Shown here: positions 1 through 11,886 of the stretch, in pieces
How positions within the stretch are numbered: position 1 is the stretch's first letter
How the letters are laid out: every line of letters starts with the position of its first letter
Assembly (NCBI GenBank): GCA_038496445.1
Contig: JALMLS010000322.1
Location: 496,001-560,000, forward strand
Direction of reading: 5' to 3'
Source of the DNA: Trichosphaerium sp. ATCC 40318
Lineage: Eukaryota > Protista > Tubulinea
DNA: 64,000 nt
Translations under genes and position numbers: made by a program
The notes under the pieces: model-generated
The model's database searches: none
The model's input: only the letters and a program-made list of their open reading frames with translations
Told to the model about the DNA's origin: nothing

Positions 1-1056
1 ATAGGAGAGTGTGACTCTTTCATGCCACTAAGAAAAGCAACCCGAAAATAACTAAAATAACAAGTTAACGACAAATATATTAACATAAAAATATATGTCA
101 ACGCCATAAATACTTTTCGACTTCTAAGTCGTGCAAGAAGTGAGAAAATCCAAAAAAAATTCCAAAATAACCAGAAACTTTGAAGGCGACTGCTGGCCTC
201 AAAAACAATTTGTCGTAAATAAATAAGGTTCTCTTCACTAAGCGATTACTCAATACTAATGAATGAGGTAATCTTGTTGCTCAGATGCAATATCCACGAC
301 AAGAAAATAAGAAACAACAAAAAAAGCCGAAAAAATCCGTTAATGTTTAAAAAAATGCCCGAAGCGCCGTTTTAGTTATTTTCTACCGTTAAATCTTTTT
401 TCTTCGTACCCACAACTTTGTCCTAGTAATATCCTTGAAGAACGCGTCTTACCAACAGGTTCAGCATCAACATCCGATTGAAACAGGAAAATCGTCAAGT
501 CGCATAGTTTTTCCAGGTTTAAATCTATTATACAAGGTAATGGCCTCAGGGGTATATCATATTTCAATAATTCAGCATCAGTAATATCGCTCACGCGACG
601 TTCGAGGTGTGTCCTTGTTTTAGTCAGTTTAGAGATACTAAGGTGATGATTTGACGATGCGCGTGTTTAAAACGGGTATTGGCTGAATCAAAACTCATAA
701 GAGTGCTGTACCTTTTATTTGGCCGGTCTAAAACCACTGTAGCCTTACGTTTGAGTGTATGTAGACGAACAGGAGTGGCTACATAAATGTTAACTTCGAA
801 ATGTTGATTATAAGAGCCAATAATCCGGCTGCAGTATATAATTTGGCGTGTGCATTCACGGCATTAAAAATCGAATCAATTACTCGAGTGTATTCAAGTA
901 CATACCCAAGGGAGACTCTATCTCTACTTCTGACGATTCACCTAGGTATGTACATGCTATTTCTTTATCGTTTTGAGTTGTAGGTTGTGGAGCAGCAGAT
1001 TCGGTTGTTTCAATTTGCCCGAGGTTACCTAGCCACTCAAACACCCTCGCGAACAT
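1..1056 (-). CDS. Multi-exon hypothetical protein; 3' end probably outside the window
   Basis: ATG at 1056 and phase-consistent GT-AG splicing give MFARVFEWL|GESSEVEIESPL|ATPVRLHTLKRK...NK|RTHLERRVSDITDAELLKYDIPLRPLPC.... No family recognised. Confidence 0.45.
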
Positions 1057-1345
1057 GCGTGGTATGTCAGGGTTGGTTTAAATAGTTTTAAGCGAGTCAA
1101 CGGTAATAAAATACACCATTCTCCATTTACAACGCGCAAGTGTAAAGCATTGTAATCATTAGCCGAAATCGGAGTGGTTATACGCGGTGAACAATTCATA
1201 AAAATACTTTAATGTGCAGTTTGTATCATTTAGCCCATAAATACTACACATAACAACAGCGTCAAACGGACAGCAAGTACTAAAATTCAAGATGCTATTT
1301 TATTTGTTTCGCGTAGTCTTCAAATACTGTTTAACAAATACGCTT

Positions 1346-1795
1346 CTAGCACTCATAGTCCATTACTATTTTATCCTTTACCATACCAGTCTGAAGCTCT
1401 ACAAAAATACTTGAGCTCCTTCGATGTAGCGAGTTTGCGTACCTTTGACTTTAACATGCTCTGGGTGTATCAAATACTACGAAACAAGCGTCACGTGACG
1501 AAGGAGAAAATTATGATGAAAAAGGACTTCAAAAAAAAGCGAAACAATTTTTAGTCTAGGAGAAAGAGTGTACAGCTTTGAGATCCTCTTGTGTCTTGAA
1601 TGTCACCACAACAATGTAGTTCAAGTTCTTGGCTCTGTTATCTGGTAAATGCTGGTTCTTAGCCCACTCCCATGATACTACAAGGTCAGGCATTCTTTTT
1701 TTGAGGCAAACTTCTGTCTCGAAGTGTTTTTTTAGTTTCTCATCGTTGAGGTGATCTGCACCAAATTCAAGCATTACAACGTGTTTCCATACCAT
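1346..1795 (-). CDS. Dabb family stress-responsive alpha/beta-barrel protein (3 exons)
   Basis: MVWKHVVMLEF...YIVVVTFKTQEDLKA|YLIHPEHVKVK|ELQTGMVKDKIVMDYEC*. Shows the Dabb-type N-terminal H-V-V-x-x-x-F strand, the F...L..Y..HP.H motif and the terminal DYE. Confidence 0.85.
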
Positions 1796-1899
1796 TGTTG
1801 AATAAAAAAATATGTGACACGTTAGCGCTTAGGTAGGCAATTAAGCAATTGTCATTGTAAAGCCAACTGTAAACGTAATAAGAGGGATAGATCGCATTA

Positions 1900-3248
1900 A
1901 TGCGGGCTTATGGCGTTTCGTCGCGTAAAACAGCAATTGCGCGTAGTAAGAGGTATCTTTTCATAAAAATGGCTCTGATGGCTTATTTGTGCGTAGAATA
2001 ACCGAACAGCATCGTTCTCAGCAAAAGTCAGCTCGTGAATACTTTGATGCTCTTAAATTGAGGTTGGGTTATAATAAAATGGATGATTGGTACAAGATTA
2101 CGTACAATGACGTTAAATCATTTGGAGGCAGGGAATATCTTAGCAAGTACGTCCTTAAAACCTCAACCATACCAACTTGGTTCCCAGGTCCGACCATTCA
2201 CCGTCGCAGGCTGTTACTAGCGCCTACCCAGAGCACGATTGGCAACCATGGAGATTTAATCAAGTTCCAAAAAGGCATTGGGATAATGTTTCAAACCAGA
2301 TAGATTTTCTCAACGCCTTAGCCGCCAAACTGGGTTTCAAGGTTATAACAGACTGGTACAAGATAAAGAAGAGACACATAAGTGACTTTGGAGGCGGTGG
2401 TCTTCTAGCAAGGCAAGTAAGGTGACTGAAGTTGTTATGAAATAATTATCATTAGATACAACAATTCTCCAGAGTCATTGATCTCAACACTTTATTCATT
2501 TTACCAATGGAAGCCTTGGTTATTTAGGTATATATTTTATCCAATTTTAAGGTGTTTGACACAATAATTTAGACAAGTACGGCGAGGTTATTGGGATGAT
2601 ATGTCAAATAAAAAATTATTCCTTGACACTTTAAGAAAAAGACTTCATCTCAAGTCAATGAGATCTTTATCAAATATCACTTGCCAGAATATTATTAAAC
2701 ATGGAGGGGCTGGTCTTTTGGCAAAGTAAGCAAACAAAAGAAACTGTGGTGGCTTGTGTGTTAATTTTTTTTTTTGACAGACATAAAAACTCTACACAAT
2801 CTCTGTTGACAACAGTATATCCTCATATGTTCCCGTACGTGATGTCAACCATTCTCTTAATATGATTAACATTGGGTTAGTGCGACTGTACCAATTGGGA
2901 ACATTCAAGAAGCTGCAGGATTCATTCGTGGCGTAGAGAAGTCATTACATATTAAAAATAAGAACGAATGGTATCGTGTTGGTTCACGAGATATTGGAGC
3001 CAAAGGTGGAAGCTGTGAGTTCCATGAACATTATTCATAACCTAGCTGACGTTCTGTAGCGTTACTATCATACTGGCCACATGTACTAGCAGAGGTGTAT
3101 CCTGGATATTACTGGGATTGGGACGCTTTTTATTCTAGAGATAAACGCTCAAGACAAAGGTAATGAGTTCAGCTTTTTGAGCCGATTGTTGTCTCATTAA
3201 AATAGGTTACTGCAAGGTGGTACTTTTAAGTTATTTGGCGAAGCTTGA
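1900..3248 (+). CDS. Tandem ~70-aa DWY...GG..LL...YP...W..W.F...P...W repeat protein (about 4 units)
   Basis: Spliced units: DDWYKITYNDVKSFGGREYL..YPEHDWQPWRFNQVPKRHW; DWYKIKKRHISDFGGGGLL; NEWYRVGSRDIGAKGG..YPGYYWDWDAF. Stop at 3246-3248. Confidence 0.7.
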
Positions 3249-3831
3249 AGTATACAAGATTACAGACTTTGTCTATAGACACGTGTAACATTGGATTACT
3301 GCCTGCGCAAGTTTAGATACAGGGATGGGCGGTGAACTGTCTGAGTATATACACGTACTAACGTAGCAACTGAGAAAACTAGACAATACAACCAAAAGGA
3401 GATGACCAAGTAACTGGGAGGTTGTTAGATTTTATTGTAAACTCTTCCGTATCAAACCATGGTCAGCTAAGTTTTACACCAGTAAAATGTTGGTGATTTA
3501 ATGGCATTGAAAATATATCTTGCGCATCGAAACATTTCCACCATCCCAAGCCTTACATACCCAGTCAGAAATAAACAAGACATTTGAATAAAAACTTTGC
3601 GATTGCGCTTATGAGTATTTAACAAATTCCATCTTTGGATATCAAAAGAAACAACACGAAAATTTGTGTTAACCTTTTGGCTTCAAAACTCGTGACAGCT
3701 CTTTAAGTGTTTATTTTGTTACCATCCTATTTGTATTACCGGACCATGACAAAACTAAAACATTGTTGTGATTTTTATTCATATACAGTGATTGGTTACA
3801 TGTGTTACATGCGCGAATGGTGTTAGAAGAA

Positions 3832-6627
3832 TCACTTCTTGATCCACTGCATCGTAACTGTCAGTTCTCCGCTCTTTATCTAAATAGGTGTTAGTTATTT
3901 TGATCACAGCTGAGTAGTTTTAAGGTTTAGCAGACTTACTGGTTTTCTCTTTTTAGCACGTTTGTTTGGATCTGATAATTTGAATGTACACTCAACAGGT
4001 CCACCGGATTGTTTCAGTACAACATCACTAGACAATACTATTGATGCTTCTCCCATAAATATTCCTTTTCCAAATCTGTTCCAATCCCAGCAAACAATAG
4101 TTATTGTAGCATCAGATTTGCAAGGTCTGATAAAGTTAATACATAGTGTAATACAGAGAACCTTAATTACTAGTCTTCAACGTACATTTCAAGGTTTAAT
4201 TTATTCCATTTTGGGTTTAAGGTGCTCTTCTTATACTTGGTTTTGGTTTTGTCTCCTGGAATCACAACTTTGTTTTGTTCAAAAGTAATGTATGGATCAC
4301 TTGATCTCCCTATTCAACACGATTAATAAACTTGTACATCATACAGTAAATATAGATTTGGAGAAGAATCAATAGTGTTATCCTGTGATGTTGTTTTATT
4401 TGAAACCGAGAAGAAAAAAAGAAGAAAATCGTTTTGTTTTATGTTACTTACTATCACACACTATCAGATTTTTGCCGGTGATTTTTGTTATCTTTAATGT
4501 TCCTTCAGGTGCTTCTACTGTTGGTTTTGGTTTTGGAATTGATCCATATTTTACAACATCAGAAAGCTTGTCTGTTGCCTTTGTTTGTGTTAGTCACATA
4601 CTAATATTGTCGATGTTAGCGTACTGTAATACCATCGATTTTAATCAAGTCTTTAACATGCTTTGACAACAATGCCTTGTCATCGCAGTAGAACATGACT
4701 TTGTTCTTCCAAGACCATGTTCCTCGAATTTTTTTAATGAGATCCAATTTCTCCTCTATCTCATCTTCATCTTCATCGCTTTCTAATATCAAGTTAGATT
4801 ATATTAGGTAGGCATGTATAAGTTATTCTGACGAGAAAGTACAAAGTGACAAGGATGTGACAAAAATAAAAAAGATTTTAGGAAGAGTTGACATCTTCAA
4901 TTTTAAACAATACATTAAGAAAACAAACGTACCAATATTAACAAGAATGCGTATACTACTAAACAAATCACGTGTGAGAATAAAACGAGAAAATGCGAAA
5001 AGAAAAACAAACTGAAGTGATTACCTTTCTTGGTTTTTGATTGTTTTGTGCGTTTTTACTAGAACATCCTCGGCCCATTCTAGTGCTAATACCACAAAAT
5101 TAAATCAAACCAATTACATAAAAACCGAACTAACCATCAACGTCTTCTTCATCGTCTTCAAATACCACGTGATGTGCTACAACAACGCCATTATGCTGTA
5201 TTTCACGAATTGTGTTCTTAAGGGAAGTTAATCAAGAGACACGACACGTGACTTTAAAACGTACTCGAATCTTATCACCATATGAATCTCCAATCCACAA
5301 CAGAGTTGCAAAGCGGCAATACCTAATGCACGTGCTATTAATACCAACAAAACAAACATGTTAAAAGATCTTACTTGTTCATGTGCTTCTCCACTGATGT
5401 TGCACATGTATTTGGGTGACAGGAGATGTTCTCATTGCTTGCCAAACATTTTCTTACTGTGTCAGCTTTGGTTTTTGAAGTGTAAACCATCACCGGCACC
5501 TAAACGTTGTCAATATCCCATTTGAGTGGTATTTAAGGTACCTGTATATCTTGTGCTAGCAACTGTTGTATAAGGGTCTCGTAAGTATCTTTACCATCTT
5601 CTCCATGGCTTGCGTTGCAGATAAGTCGCTAACAATCTATGTTAACAAGATCACAGTCAGAACATCGTTCCTCATTACGTACCCAACGCCACGAAGCGCA
5701 TTTGTCAGTAGAAAGATCGCGGTTAGCGAGCATATCGGTGAACACCTTCAAAAAAATTAGGTAAAAACAAAAACTACAATCGCACTTCTTGGCAACTTTT
5801 ACGTTGAATAAAAAGCAGGTTTTTATTCTCGTTTGACGCGGCTTTGATAAAAACATCTGAAACGGCACGTGTTAGTGAACAGTTGGCAAAAATCAAATAT
5901 CTGCTAAAACATCATACTATTATTTTCTGGGTGAGAATCTAACCACGTGATCATTCTAAAAACGATTTGGTTAACTACAACAAAAAAATAAAAGTCTAGT
6001 TTGTGTACTGCAGGTTCTCGTCTTCTTTCATCATTACCATTGCGCCAGTTTCTTTGTCCACTATATTAAACGTGTGAGGACGTAATTACCAATGATTCAA
6101 AGTGTACAAAGCAGATTTTGAACTTCATCATTGGACAATAAAGTTGTCACTAACTGAGATAAGCACAACGCATTTAGGTCGACAACTGCATCAGACAGTC
6201 TTCTTTCAATGTCCTAAGCTGTTATTAGTAGTAACTAGCCTTAAACACAAGTACCATAAAGTCATCTTTAGCAGACTGAAAAGAGCAAACCTCTCCAAAT
6301 GTTGTCTTGTTCTCGAATTTTTCGACATACTTTTGAGCCTCCTCACTAACTTCAAGGAGTCTTTTCAAACAAGCTGATGCGTTTTCTTCCTTCAACGCTT
6401 TTCTGTGATTGGGTTCTAGCCATAGTTAACACAAAAGGGCCAATAACAAAAGTGAAGGTCATTCTTCAAAACGTACGCTTTAAAACCTCATACAAAGCTT
6501 GTAATCTTTCAATGAGGCGACCACATAGCTTCCTGTTCCTCTTTATGCCTTGGTGTATATCTACTACTAGCTGAACAATACTAGCGATCCTCTCAACAAT
6601 TTCAATAGCGCCTAGAGCTGCCTCCAT
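3832..6627 (-). CDS. MLKL-like N-terminal four-helix bundle + two degenerate receiver-fold domains + C-terminal C2 domain
   Basis: About 14 phase-consistent exons. N-terminus: MEAALGAIEIVERIASIVQLVVDIHQGIKRNRKLCGRLIERLQAL...LLEVSEEAQKYVEKFENK...DFMDIERRLSDAVVDL. REC-like parts: ITWLDSHPENN..RLICN..PVMVYTS and LLWIGDS..IRILVNI..KVMFYCD. C2: GTLKITKITGKNLIVCD..SDPY..KSTLNPKWN..VCWDWNRFGKGIFMGE. Confidence 0.8.
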
Positions 6628-6959
6628 CAGTGTTGTGTGTTGTGAATGAAGTGAACGCAACGTAACCAATCATTGAATTAACGTAAAAACAACAAATCCG
6701 GCCCGTGTCCTCAAACCGGTTGTAATTCAATGAAATGAAAGAAAAAACAGACTCAACTTCAGATCTTGACATCTCCATTGACAGCAACAACTTCACTACC
6801 TGAACTGTTACGTTGAACAGCGACACCAAGTTCATGTCGGACACTGATAGCAATTCTCGTGCCGACAGCAAGCTCGGCTTCAATAAATCTTCTTCTACAA
6901 TTTTAAGTACGCTCTTGAGGTTAAGCCAATTGCATCGCATTCTGCCATCAACAAAAACC

Positions 6960-8452
6960 ATGGTTAACGGTATTTTGTGTTTAACTGCGTTTGTTTGCTT
7001 TGTTCAAATACTGACAGGTACTACATAAACTGCTATCTACAAAAGACTGTAATACTGTACAAGCTTTAAAATGCCCTTGCAATAATGAAGAGCTTTGTAA
7101 ACCACTGCTTATTGGTCCTCGACCTGAAAAATTCGTTTTTCAGACGACAAATACGACGTGGCGTCACTATGACTGGTCTATGGTAAGAAAACGAGTGGTT
7201 TTTGGCGTTTGCATACTTATTTATGAAGATTACGACGATTGTCGCTACAGAAAAGTATATTGATCCAAATCTCATCTGTTATGCCCATGAACGCAATGTA
7301 CGTATTATTGGTATTGCGGTGTACCCCACAGAACAATTATTGAACAAAACGCACGTGGACGAATGGGTTACTACAAAGTTTCAGTTTTTGAAAGATAATT
7401 TCTTGGACGGATTCAATTTGGATTTTGAGGATCCTATTGATGATAAGTCGCCTGAACAGGGAGCTCTTCTCTCTCTTGTTAAACACATAAGAAGTCTATT
7501 AGATACAGAAGTATCCACATACGCACAACTGACAATGGATGCGCCGTACGTCCGAAGAAATCAAAACGAAGCAAAAATATTAAACTGCCACTTTATGACC
7601 ATTTCTTAGGTTTGCCCCAGGTTGTACTTGGGGAAGATGCTATGGATGGAAAGCACTTTCTGATTACCTTGATTTCATATTTATAATGTACTACGACATG
7701 GGTGGAGAATCGGGACCTCAGTGGAATTGCAAAGCAGCACCAAATTCTCCGTATCCAACAGTTGTAAAGGGAATTAATGAATTTTTAGCAAAAGGCATAC
7801 CTGCGAACCAATTAGGTATTACTACTCAATTACAATACAAGTAGCGTAGCGATGAAAAAAAATTTTGGTTGCATTGTCTAAAAGGATAGAGCACCATACA
7901 GCGGTGATCAAACCTACTAGATAATAACTTCATTGACGAAATAACACATTTGTAGTTTTGGGTGCACCTTGGTATGGATATGATTATGGTTGTGATCCAT
8001 TAACTAACATAACTTCTTGTTCGATGTGTGATAGGTACCACGTGCCAAAATAGAAACATAATTGTTTTATTTAATTTTTTTTTTCAAGCAACGGAAAACA
8101 TAGACAAGTTGCAGTGACATACGCTCGAATAATGTCTCTTATTCCAACGTCAACAACTGGAGTAATTTACAATGACTATTTTAAGTCTGTATACTTTAAT
8201 TATAAGGCATCTGATGGAACAATGCATCAGGTACAAGGAAATGAAACAAAAAAAAAACCTATGCGCACTTGGTTCTAACCCTGGATTTTTTTGAAGGTTT
8301 GGTTTGATAATCCAAAAACTCTTTCTATAAAATATGAACTTGCAAAGAATATGGGAATGCGTGGTATAGGTATGTGGCAAGCCGATGATTTGGATTATAA
8401 CAACCAAGAACAAGTCTCTAGCGTGTGGAATAGTATGAAAGTTTTTTCCTAA
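6960..8452 (+). CDS. CTBS: Di-N-acetylchitobiase (GH18)
   Basis: Signal peptide, CPCNNEELCKP, WRHYDWS, LICYAHERNVR, catalytic DGFNLDFE, FIMYYD, VLGAPWYGYDY, GMRGIGMW. Confidence 0.88.
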
Positions 8453-8699
8453 AATAAAAATCTACAAACTATCATTACCCATACAGTCCCAAGGAACAGA
8501 TACCTATCATTTTGAGCACTAGAAATAACATCTCCTTGTTTATCTTCATCATCATACCTTCAAAATTAATATGTATAAAGGCACACAAGAGTAGGTAACT
8601 TTGAATTGCTGCCAGCAGAAAAATGATGACTTCGGTTTTTTTTACTATGCGCCAAAACTAAAACGCTTGTTGGATCAGTTACGGTTTTCCTACCTCTAA

Positions 8700-9839
8700 A
8701 TGCTCAATTCGTGGGCTTTGCGAAGTAAAGTTACAAAAGCCTGTACAAATCCGAATCAAAACGTCAGGAGCTGTTTCCAAGGCAACCCAGAGCCTAAAGT
8801 GGTTGTAGAAAACTTGGAAGCAGTGAAACAGAAAGTTACAGCTGCTTCAAAACGCCAAAGCCCTCAATACTTGGTAAATGCACTTAAAAGTCTTTTTTAA
8901 CGATACATAGCCTCGTCTTGTGGCTGTTAGTAAACGTAAACCTATTTCATTAATACAAGCGTGCTACGACGCCGGTCATCGCGATTTTGGAGAAAACTAT
9001 GTATAAAACAAGCGTCTAACGAAGCGTAATAATATTTAGGTCGAAGAGCTTGTAGAAAAAGCCGACAAGGTACTAAACACGCTTTACAGTCCTCAGTACA
9101 CGCGAAAAAGCTAATATAATTCGAAGTTACCAAAAGACATTCGATGGCACTTTATCGGCCATTTACACACTAAAAAGGCTAAATTGCTTGCGCGTACGTT
9201 ATATGAAATACTTTCTAACGTGTTAAATGTTGCTAAAGGTGTTGAATCGCTTTCTGTGATGGAAACAATTGACAGCGAAAAAATTGCGTCTGTCATCGAT
9301 GGCAAGTGGTCTAGCTTGGGTAAAAAACCATTAGATGTATTCGTACAGGTCAAGACATCTAATGAAGACAGTATGTGAAAGTATAAGAGATGTTTAAAGT
9401 AACTTATTTTATTACGAAGCTAAATATGGAATATCTCCAGAAAAGGTTAATGATCTTGTTTATAAAATCAAAGATAGCTATGAATACCTTAATTTTAAAG
9501 GGTTAATGACAATTGGTACTCTTGGAGGAGATCCTAGGGTTGATTTTGGTGTACGTATAGAATTATTTTATGGTTGTCTGTGATTGATATAGTTTGTTGA
9601 ATTGTTCTATGTTTAGAAACTTGTAAAGTGTAAAGAAGATTTAGTTGAAAGCTTGAAACTTGAGGATGCAGATGTGGAACTCAGCATGGGTATGAGTAAT
9701 GATTATATTACAGCTGTACGACATTATATTTGTTGCTTTCAAAGAGGTGTTAAATGAGAATTCTTAGATTGAGATGGGTAGCACAAACATTCGTGTTGGT
9801 AGCACTATTTTTGGAGAAAGGCCAAAAAAGCAACACTAA
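8700..9839 (+). CDS. PLPBP: Pyridoxal phosphate homeostasis protein (YggS/PROSC)
   Basis: [52 protein letters not shown] across 7 exons. Confidence 0.93.
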
Positions 9840-10387
9840 TCACTTTATAATAAGATAGGAGTTGTACAAAGTGCCCAAAGATGAGATGTTATATTAATGT
9901 AGTTGCCCTTATAATGCTCTCACCTAACCCTAAATGTTAAAACACAAAATAAAATGGAAGAGATGAAATACCACCTCAACTAAAACAATGGTGCTCAATC
10001 TCAATTTAGACTATTAACATTGTACAATCTATTAACTCCAAATCTAGCGCCTAGGGTGTATCCTATGTTAGTATTCGTTTTGATTTGCCAGTAGTTACAA
10101 TGCTGGCGTATAGATTGTTTATAGAAGCTTTATACCAGTGCTACTTGTAAAAATATAAACAATAAAAGGACCTTTTTACCAATTTCTACCCATGTGAAGT
10201 ACTGTTCAAGATTTGTTTGCCTTTGAGGATTGGCTAAGGCGTACGCACACTTGTTGGCATTGGTTGCTGAGCGTTAACATAGTTAGAAAATCAACATGTG
10301 GACCGAACGTGAAAATATTTCACGACTGAATTTGACAATATGCGTCCCATATTCCCCACAATACATGAACCCAAAGCGCAGCTTGAT

Positions 10388-11868
10388 ATGATGTCAGTAA
10401 ACAAACGAAACGCCATAGATCATAGGTACGTGCTGTATCGCTCTATATAGTATTCTAACAACCTTAAAGCGCACAAGTAAGCATATTAGACTTCCCAACA
10501 GAGATTTTAGCACTTATCTTGGTTAAAACAACTAAAGCACGGTTTGCAGCCTCTCAAACATGTCATCAATTTGCTTCCATCATTCATGATGTTATCGGAT
10601 ACTCGAGAGTCTGTATTTCGAGTGCCTCACAAGCAAAAGCAGTTTTACAGCATTCTAGTACACTACAACATACGGAAATCAAACTTTTAGGCAAATCGAC
10701 ATCTGATAATGTTGTCAAGGCATTTGCTGGCGTTCACTCCATTGATCTTTATCAATGCAATATAACTGATGAAGGGATTAAGTCACTCGCTGGTGTACAT
10801 ACAATTAATCTTGGGGAAACTGATGTTGCAGATGAAGGAATCAAGGCACTTTCGGGAGTGTACAATATTGATATCAGTTATACACGTGTAACAGATGAAG
10901 GGTTAAAAGCACTTTCTGGCGTTCACACTGTCAACCTTCGTTCAACTGACATAACAGATGAAAGCATCAAGGCACTTTCTGGAGTGTACAAGATTGATCT
11001 CAGTTATACACATGTAACAGACGAAGGGTTAAAGGCACTTTCTGGGGTTCATACAATTAGTCTTGTTATGTGTAATCATATAACAGACGAAGGGGTAAAA
11101 GCATTTTTTGGAGTGTATAGTATTAATCTTAGTTTTACATCAATAACCGATGAGGGGTTAAAAGCTCTTTCCAGTGCACATCAAATTAGCCTGCAAGAGT
11201 GCCACAACATTACAGATGAAGGTTTAAAAGCTCTTTCTGGAGTACATCAAATTTCTCTTAGAGCTTGTGGAAGAATAACTGATGAAGGGATCAAGTTGCT
11301 TGGTGGCGTACACACAATAAATCTTGAGGAAACTGACATAACAGATGAAAGCATCAAGGCACTTTCTGGAGTTCATACAATTAGTCTTGTTATGTGCATT
11401 AATATTACAGATGAAGGCATTGAGGCACTTTCTAGAGTGTATAATATTGATCTCAGTTATACATGTGTAACAGATGAAGGGTTAAAGGCACTTTCTGGAG
11501 TTCATACTATTAGTCTTGCGCATTGTGAATGTATAAGAGGTGAAGGGATCAAGGCACTTTCTGGAGTGTACAGTATTGATCTCAGTTATACACATGTAAC
11601 AGATGAAGCCATCAAGGCACTTTCTGGAGTTCATACAATTAGTCTTGTTACGTGCATTAATATTACAGATGAAGGAATCAAGGCACTTTCTGGAGTGTAC
11701 AATATTGATCTCAGTTATACATGTGTAACAGATGAAGGGATAAAAGCTCTTTCTGGTGTACATCAAATTAGCCTTTACAGATGTATGAGTTTAACAGAAG
11801 AAGGCATTAAATTACTTAAAGGATATGGCTTTAAAAAGATAACAGATGGAATGGAGTTTAGTAAATAA
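10388..11868 (+). CDS. F-box protein with many short (21-22 aa) LRRs
   Basis: A short first exon splices to SILDFPTEILALIL...RFAASQTCHQF (F-box). One long exon then carries the ITDEGLKALSGVHTISLxxC repeats. Confidence 0.88.
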
Positions 11869-11886
11869 ACTTGTTTTTCAAGTTAT

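Noticed and set aside
3290-3570. Crossing complementary segments TGCGCAAG/CTTGCGCA and GGGATGG/CCATCCC
   Set aside because: There are too few helices and no promoter or terminator cue; this is compatible with chance in a 3' UTR.
10720-11830. Regularly spaced DNA repeats resembling a CRISPR array
   Set aside because: They are in-frame LRR-coding units with no unique spacers and no cas genes.
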